Below are positions 56,650 to 64,000 of a stretch of DNA of 64,000 nucleotides, piece by piece. The position numbers were made by a program, and so were the translations under genes. Each line of letters begins with the position of its first letter. Position 1 is the first letter of the stretch. Origin of the DNA: the human T2T-CHM13v2.0 reference genome, Homo sapiens; NCBI RefSeq assembly GCF_009914755.1, contig NC_060932.1; one strand, written 5' to 3'. Under the pieces are notes generated by a model. It did not search any database. It saw nothing but the letters and a program-made list of their open reading frames with translations, and was not told the origin of the DNA.

Positions 56650-57450
56650 TTAGTTTTTCCTTCTGCTATAAAGCTGATACATCATGAAATGTACAAATCT
56701 CAAGTGATTAGTTGCCGAGTTTTGATGAATAGATACATGTGTGTAACCCAAAACCCTACTGATGTATGCAACATGACCATCACCTAGAAAATTACCTTAT
56801 GCCCTTTCCTGATCAAACCCTGTTCCAATCTCTCCAGAAGGAACCAATGTTCTGAGTTTTTCCATCGTAAATTGGTTCTGCTTGTTCTATAGGTTGGTGT
56901 AAAAGTAATGGCAAAAGCCGCAATTACTTTTGCAGCAACCTACAGCATTTCGTATCAATGGAACCACATGGCATATGCACTTTGGGTAAGGCTCCTTTCA
57001 CCCAGCATCCTGTTCCTGAGAGTTGCAAGTGCTGTTCTGTGTATGAGTAATTCATTCGTTTTTGTTGCAGAGTACCACACCATTCCGTTTGTAAGAAAAC
57101 ACCGCCATTTGTTTGTCCGTTCTCCTGTAATGGACACCTGGCCTCTATTTTCTGGCTAGAACGTTGTATAGGTCTTCTTGTGACCATATGTTTCATATTA
57201 TCCTTAAATAAATAACTAGGGTTGAAATAGCTGGGCAAAGGGTAAGTGTATGTTTAATTTTACAGGATAGCCCCAGACCTTTTTCCAAAGCAGCTGCACT
57301 ATTTTATATCCCCACCCACAAGGCATGAGAGTTCCTGTTGCTCCACACCCTCACCAACATTTGGTGCTGTCTTTAACCATCCTGATGAGTGTCTCATGCT
57401 GTCTCATCGCGGTTTGGACTTACATTCCACCACTGATTGATAATGTTAAT
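56650..57450 (-). mobile_element. L1M 3' region, antisense
   Basis: gtatgtttaattttacagg...ttttccaaagcagctgcactattttatatccccaccc...ctcaccaacatttggt. Confidence 0.75.
56890..56942. mobile_element. MADE1 (Hsmar1-derived mariner MITE), internally deleted
   Basis: taggttggtgtaaaagtaat-ggcaaaagccgcaattacttttgcagcaaccta: both mariner TIR ends present. Confidence 0.88.
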
Positions 57451-58057
57451 GTTGCTATTTTAAAAAACATTTTATTTCCTTAAAACAAATGAAAGAGGCA
57501 GAGAGAGAGAGAGAGAGAGAAAGATCTGGGGCAAATAAAACAAAATCTAGGATGTGGGTATGCCAGTTTCTAAGTGATTTTCTGTATGTTTGAAGTCTTC
57601 AGCAATTAAAAATAAAAATATTATTCCCTCTAGAATTCCATGTGTAAGTGTGTGTCCCTAGAACCGGGCTGGGCTTGGAAGCACAGCCTCTTAGTATGGA
57701 GGGAGGGTGAGTGGAGAGTGGGTCAGGGGCCACTGAGGGGCTCCGCCATGGAAGGACAGCATCACCCCGGAGTCACTGAGCTCCACCTGCCTCCGGGCAA
57801 GCCCTGGCCTCGCTCCTGACCAGCTCTCACTTCCGCATCAGCTCCTCACTCACCTCTGCCGGGCCAGGGGTCTCCTGAGGCTGACCCTGGCCAGCAATTG
57901 GTAGTGCGGCCTCTCTTTGCCCTACAGAGACTGGGCTTGGGTGACTGTGCTCCCCTCCCGAAGGCCTGAGCCTTGCCTGTCTTTCTGTAGCATTAATTCC
58001 TCTTGATGCTGACATGCAGTTCCCAGACTGATGCCAAATATTTCCAGATACCACCTC

Positions 58058-58364
<307 letters not shown>

Positions 58365-58675
58365 CAGATACCACTTTCTCAAGAATTTAACAGCAAAGAT
58401 GCCCGGATGCTGCTGGGTCCTCAAATGTGGGCTCTGAAAGCACATGTTGCTACTTCCTCAGACGCCATCCGGCTTTACCTACTTTGCACTTAGCTCTAAT
58501 TTAAAACGACTCCAGATTCTCCCACCAAACTTGAATAGTCACTACGGTATCTCTGAAAGGGAGACAAACTGCCCATCCTCTGAGGACTTGGGGTGGATTA
58601 TCTCCACACCCTCCCAAGCAGCGTGGTGAAGGCAGAGGGTGGCCTGCGGCGGCGCGAGGGTCTATGGGACACTTA

Positions 58676-58792
<117 letters not shown>

Positions 58793-59379
58793 TTAAAGAA
58801 AAAAGAAAGTTCAGAATCCTCTGACAGCCAAAGAGGAATGACTTTCCCTTTTTCTCCTCTCCAAAGACTTCCCACCACTTAAGAAGGGCAAAGTATATCG
58901 AAATGCCAAGTGCTCCTGGGCTCAGAGGATTACGGAGACTGGTTCTGAACACGAGTGTGAACTCTAAGGAGTGGGTGTAGGCATCAGGTCCTCATCAGGT
59001 CCTCCTTGGGCCCGGGGTCCTGGGGACATGTGTTCACAGCTCAGCCATGCCTTTTACCAACCAAGTGGCCTTGGGAAGGTAACCCGAATTCTCCAAACCT
59101 CAATATACACTGACGACTGGAACACCTGACTCTAAAGTCTGATCATCTGCAGAGAAACACAGGCATACAGTGCCATTCAAGGATGCTGTGTCCAAGCCAG
59201 CATCTTCAGCTACCAGGTTCCACGCTGGGCCCTGAAGCGTGGTGACGCATGTCCTGCTTGTGTGTGTGTGCGTGCACATCCAGCACGAGCTTCTCCCATG
59301 CGGGCACCTCTCGAACTGGGGCAGACACTGCGGGGTCTACTCATCACCCTCCGAAGCCTCTACTCTTTTGTTTCCTCTC

Positions 59380-59720
59380 CTCCAGAGGTGACAAGTAAAA
59401 TGCTCAAGTTCCCATTGTTCCTTGCAAGGGCTGGTCCATGTGGTGAAGTTCTAGCCAGTAAGGCACAGTCCCCTAGAGACTTTCCTTCCCAAATACAAAC
59501 GCGATGTCCTGGGAGAAGGCTTTTAGCCTTCCGCCTTCCTCATTCCCCTTCCTTTCTCCCTGGAAGCAAACAGGATGCTCAGAAGCTCAGTAACCATCAG
59601 GGACAAAAACCACAGGCTGTGGATGACAGAGCAGGGTCGGAGGCGCTTGAGAGCCGTCACTTCTTTGGGTGGCCGTGGCAGCCCTGCACTGCCGGCCTCT
59701 CTCTAGCCGTGTGAGCTCCA
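59380..59720 (+). mobile_element. Ancient LTR fragment (LTR33/MLT1-like)
   Basis: ttccttgcaagggctggtccatgtgg...ttctagcca and ggatgacagagcagg resemble ERVL/MaLR LTR motifs. Heavily diverged. Confidence 0.4.
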
Positions 59721-60471
59721 TGTACAAAGTGGAAAAGTCCAGCCCCAAACGCGCCGTCCGTGTCCGTCACCATCTGATAGGTTAACGTCACAGTTGAATG
59801 CTTGCCGAAAACTCATACGGTATCTCAGACACCAAGTATCACAGTCAGCACGTAACAGGTCATCGATAAATGTCTGCTGAGCTCAGTGGATGGCTGCACC
59901 CACGACAGGACAGACACAGATGACAGCAACTGAGCAGAGGCCATTCTTCTTGGAAGAGCAGGGTAAACAGTTTTCATGGGGGGAGAAAACACAGAGAAAA
60001 AGATCTGTGCACTGGGTCATTATTATCAGCCTAGTGTGACTTCAAAACATGGCCTTCCAAAGGGCATTTGAATTCTCAAATGTATTTCTCCAAGTGGGAG
60101 GCAAGGCTTTGCTGGCTGTTAAAGGAAAGTCTGGTCAAAGGAAAGGGACAATCGCCTGTGACTTCATGACAACAGCCTCGGGGGTAGTCCGTGGAGCCCC
60201 CTGCACTGGAGACAGAGGCTCAGGAGAGGACAGCCATGCTGCTGTGATGCCCGAGGCCCTGGATGCAGAGCTCGAAACCCTCGGCTTTTCCCAATAGATG
60301 TGGACCTCTATTCATTCCAAAGCCACACATGTCCTCGGCAATTTCCAGAGAGCAGAACTGAGGTACAGGGGGTAGAGTGACAGGCCCAGAAGTTCACACA
60401 CACACATATACACTCTCATACACATGCACACACAAGTAGGACTTTGTCAAAAGGCCACGGGGCATCTGTGA

Positions 60472-60839
<368 letters not shown>

Positions 60840-61989
60840 ACATGTCACCATTTATATCATGTAGCACAGCGTCAACAGGGTGCCGCACACCTTGAGATGA
60901 CAGCTCCCATCAGTTGAGTCTGGGTTTTCTGGGTGGGGCTGCCTTCCCCAGAGGTTTGGCGCTTGGAAAACATTCATTAGCTCTGACAGCTGCCTACAAG
61001 AGGCCTCTTCACTCAGCTCACAGAAAAATGAGCTTCCGAGAATGAAGATCTATTCCTCTGTTGTCATAACTTCATGAAATCTTTAATCACAGCAAAATCT
61101 TTCATCAGAAAAGGGAACTCGTAAAACATTTATCAGAGGAGGAAAATTGAAGTGATTTTTTAAAAGCCTGGAATAAAAGGTTCAAATATATTTTGTTTTC
61201 ACTCACAGAATACGGTGCTTACGAAATGGCACAGGAATGAGCAGCATCAATACACAATGCATTTCTGTCCTCTTGCTCTTCTTTTTTCTGACTCACTGTC
61301 TGAGTGTGGGGGCGTCTGATCTAGTGTTTCTATTCTTTCTAATTGTTGACATGATGATGTATTGGTGGAGCTTGGCTTCCTATCTGTGAATAAGTTTCCT
61401 TTCCCAGACTGCAGCAGTGGTTTGTGCCATCATAATGTCATTTATTCTGTGTACCTTTCCATATGGCTTTGGATGCTTGGTTTTAAGGCTGATGCTCTGA
61501 GCATATGGTTTACCTTAATTCTTGTTTGCTTTTTGGGTTTGTTTTTTTTTTTTTCTGGACACATCTGTCTGAAGTATGGGGAAATCCAAGAAAGCTTCCT
61601 GGAAGAGCTGAGACCAAGGCGAGTCTCTGAAGGGGACAGACACGTTTGCCTGGCTTAGAAGACACAAGGGAACAAAGTCCTGGCAGCATGGAGGAGCCCA
61701 GCTATTTTGGGAATCTGTAGTCAGGTTGAGTGTGGGAGACCAGGCTGCCAGGTGAAAAAAATAAGCCCTTTTTCAGCAAAGAGAGCAGTTACGTATTAAT
61801 AAAACCACTCTGATACAGTGAGTGGGCACTGTTTCTTCAGCCCCAAATTGGAGATTTTATTAAGTATTTCATCCAAAAAATACCTCCTGAGGAACTGAAT
61901 GAGAAACACAAGATCCCTACATTCATGGCTATTATACTCCTGTGAGGGAAAAGGGCAGGACCGATGGGGTTGTTTTAAAAAATAAAATT

Positions 61990-64000
61990 TGCTGTCATTT
62001 TTTATAAACTTATAAAAAAAAGCTGAAAAAGATTGTTGAATAAAAGATTAAGACATACAATCAATCCCAGTCATACACATCAACTAAAAACAATTACAAG
62101 ACAAACTTTTTGAGAAAATACATTTATAATAGCAACACAGTCCACAACACAGGTAGAAATAAATCTAACAAAATATATGCACGATATTTATGTAAAAAAT
62201 TATAAATTCATGGAACAATATTAAAGAAGAAAAATAAGTGTAGAGATGTACAGGTTGAGTATGCTTGGACCAGATGTGTTTCAAATTTTGTTTTTAGATT
62301 TTGGAATACCTGCATTATACTCACCAAGTGAGCATCCCAAATCCAAAACTCGGAGATGCAAAACACTCCAATAAACATTTCCTTTGAGCATCACGTCAGT
62401 GCTCAAAAAGTTTTGAATTTTGGAGCATTTCAAGTTTTGGGATGCTCAACCCACGTTATGTTCAAAGATGGAAAGACTTAATATTTTTAAAGAAATTATC
62501 TCTTTCCAAATTTCTATAAACTCAATGCAACTCAATAAGAAAAATCCCAAAAGGGTTTTGTTAAAACAATGATGTGGGAGGTTTTTTGGAAGGAATCTGG
62601 CCTACTAGATGTCAGGAATTGTTATAAGGCTGTAATCATGAAGACAGAGGCACTTGGGGCAGTGACAGAGAAATACATTAGTGAAAGAAAAGATAGCTAC
62701 AAAGCAGACCCATGAATATAAGGAAACTGGAGAGATGATTGTATTGGTGGCATTGATTAATTAGGACAAGAGTCACTGAATAGTGCTGGGAAAAATGACT
62801 ATGCAGGTACACAGAAAATTAGATCCCTACCTCACATCATATATAAAAATAAATTCCAAACAGAATGAATAGCTAAATATAGAAAAACAATATTTAAAAA
62901 TCTTTAGACAAAATATAGATGAACAGTTCATGACCTTGGAAAAAAGAAAGACTTCTCAAATGAGTTACAATACATATAAAATATAAGGGAAAAGAATAAA
63001 ACGTTTGGCTGCATTAAAATTAAGAATTTTGGTACAATGAAAAACATCAAAAACCAAAGCAAAGACAAGCTTCATTTTTAATGCGTTGCAAATATCTTTT
63101 CACAGGCATTTGCAACATATTAAATTGACTAAGGATTTGAATTCTGAATTTATAGAGAACTCCTATAAATCAGTAAGAAAAAAATGACCCAATAGAAAAT
63201 TAAGCAAAGGACAAGAATCAATAATTTAAAGTAGGGGAAACCCAATGACCAATAAACAGGAACAGAAGCTCAATCCAACTAGTAGTTAGAGAAATGGAAA
63301 TAAACCCCAAGAGTATTATTTCTCACCCAACCTATTGGAAATATTTTTAAAGCGTCCCAGTACCAAGAGTTGGTCAAGCTATAGATCAACAGGAAATACG
63401 GGAATTCCTGTCACTGCTGGTAGGGATACAAATTGGTACAACTCCTTCAGACAGAAAAAGAGTTTGACCGAACAATTCCATTTGTAGCTGCCTATCTTGG
63501 ATCAACTCAGAGTTTGGTAAAAGGGCACATTCAAAAGTGTTCAATGCAACATCGTTTATAAAAGTAAAGAACTGCTTTTAACTAAGTGCACATCAACTGG
63601 AGAGTAGATACAGACATACAATGGTAGAGTTATATGATGGAAACCTATGCAGAGGTGACAATGAATTTAAAAGAACTATATGCCCCACCACAGACAAATC
63701 TCATATTAAAACTGCTGGGTAAATAAGTTGCAGAAGATATACAATATATATGTATATCAAATTTTAAAATATGTTTTAAAATACTCGATATTATCTATAA
63801 ATATCAAATTTAAGAGTAGTCATTCATGCTAAGAGAGCAAGAGACACAGTGTGGAAGAATATACAGAGCTTTAACAGCATATTTTTATTTCTTTAAATTA
63901 AAAACATAAAAGCAAATATAATATACTGAAATATTAAAAATGGACAAGTCTGTATGGTAGACAAATTGATACCTCCTAGACATTTATTTATGTTTCTTAT
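61990..64000 (+). mobile_element. Old L1M ORF2/3' UTR relic
   Basis: aaataaatctaacaaaatatatgc, agatccctacctcacatcatatataaaaataaattcc and aaattggtacaac. Confidence 0.8.
62251..62452. mobile_element. Tigger4a/MER46A (TcMar-Tigger MITE) nested in L1
   Basis: ta|caggttgagtat...catttcctttgagcatcacgtcagtgctcaaaaagttttgaattttggagcatt...gggatgctcaacc, with TIRs. Confidence 0.85.

Overview
Human (primate) genomic DNA, almost entirely intronic sequence of TRAPPC9 (NIBP, 8q24.3), transcribed on the minus strand. I can support one TRAPPC9 coding exon: 58677-58787, 111 nt, phase 2/2, encoding [37 protein letters not shown]. The intron downstream of it runs past position 1 (>58 kb). Nested antisense in that intron is a 99-codon ORF (2169-2468) with a perfect Kozak context and an Alu-derived C-terminus, which I recognise as C8orf17/MOST-1. 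The rest is about 20 Alus (one human-specific AluYb8), old L1M, L2 and MIR fragments, MaLR and MER52 LTRs, DNA-transposon MITEs (MER5A, Tigger4a, MADE1), two minisatellites and several microsatellites. The other ORFs in the six-frame track appear spurious. I found no convincing wholly new biological system. The best testable leads are a MIR-derived 27-bp VNTR that multimerises a TEAD plus methyl-AP-1 motif, a candidate 66/69-nt TRAPPC9 cassette or poison exon, a candidate recursive splice site, and a ZFP57-motif/TATA cluster in this imprinted domain. Repeat boundaries and subfamily calls were made by eye and are approximate.
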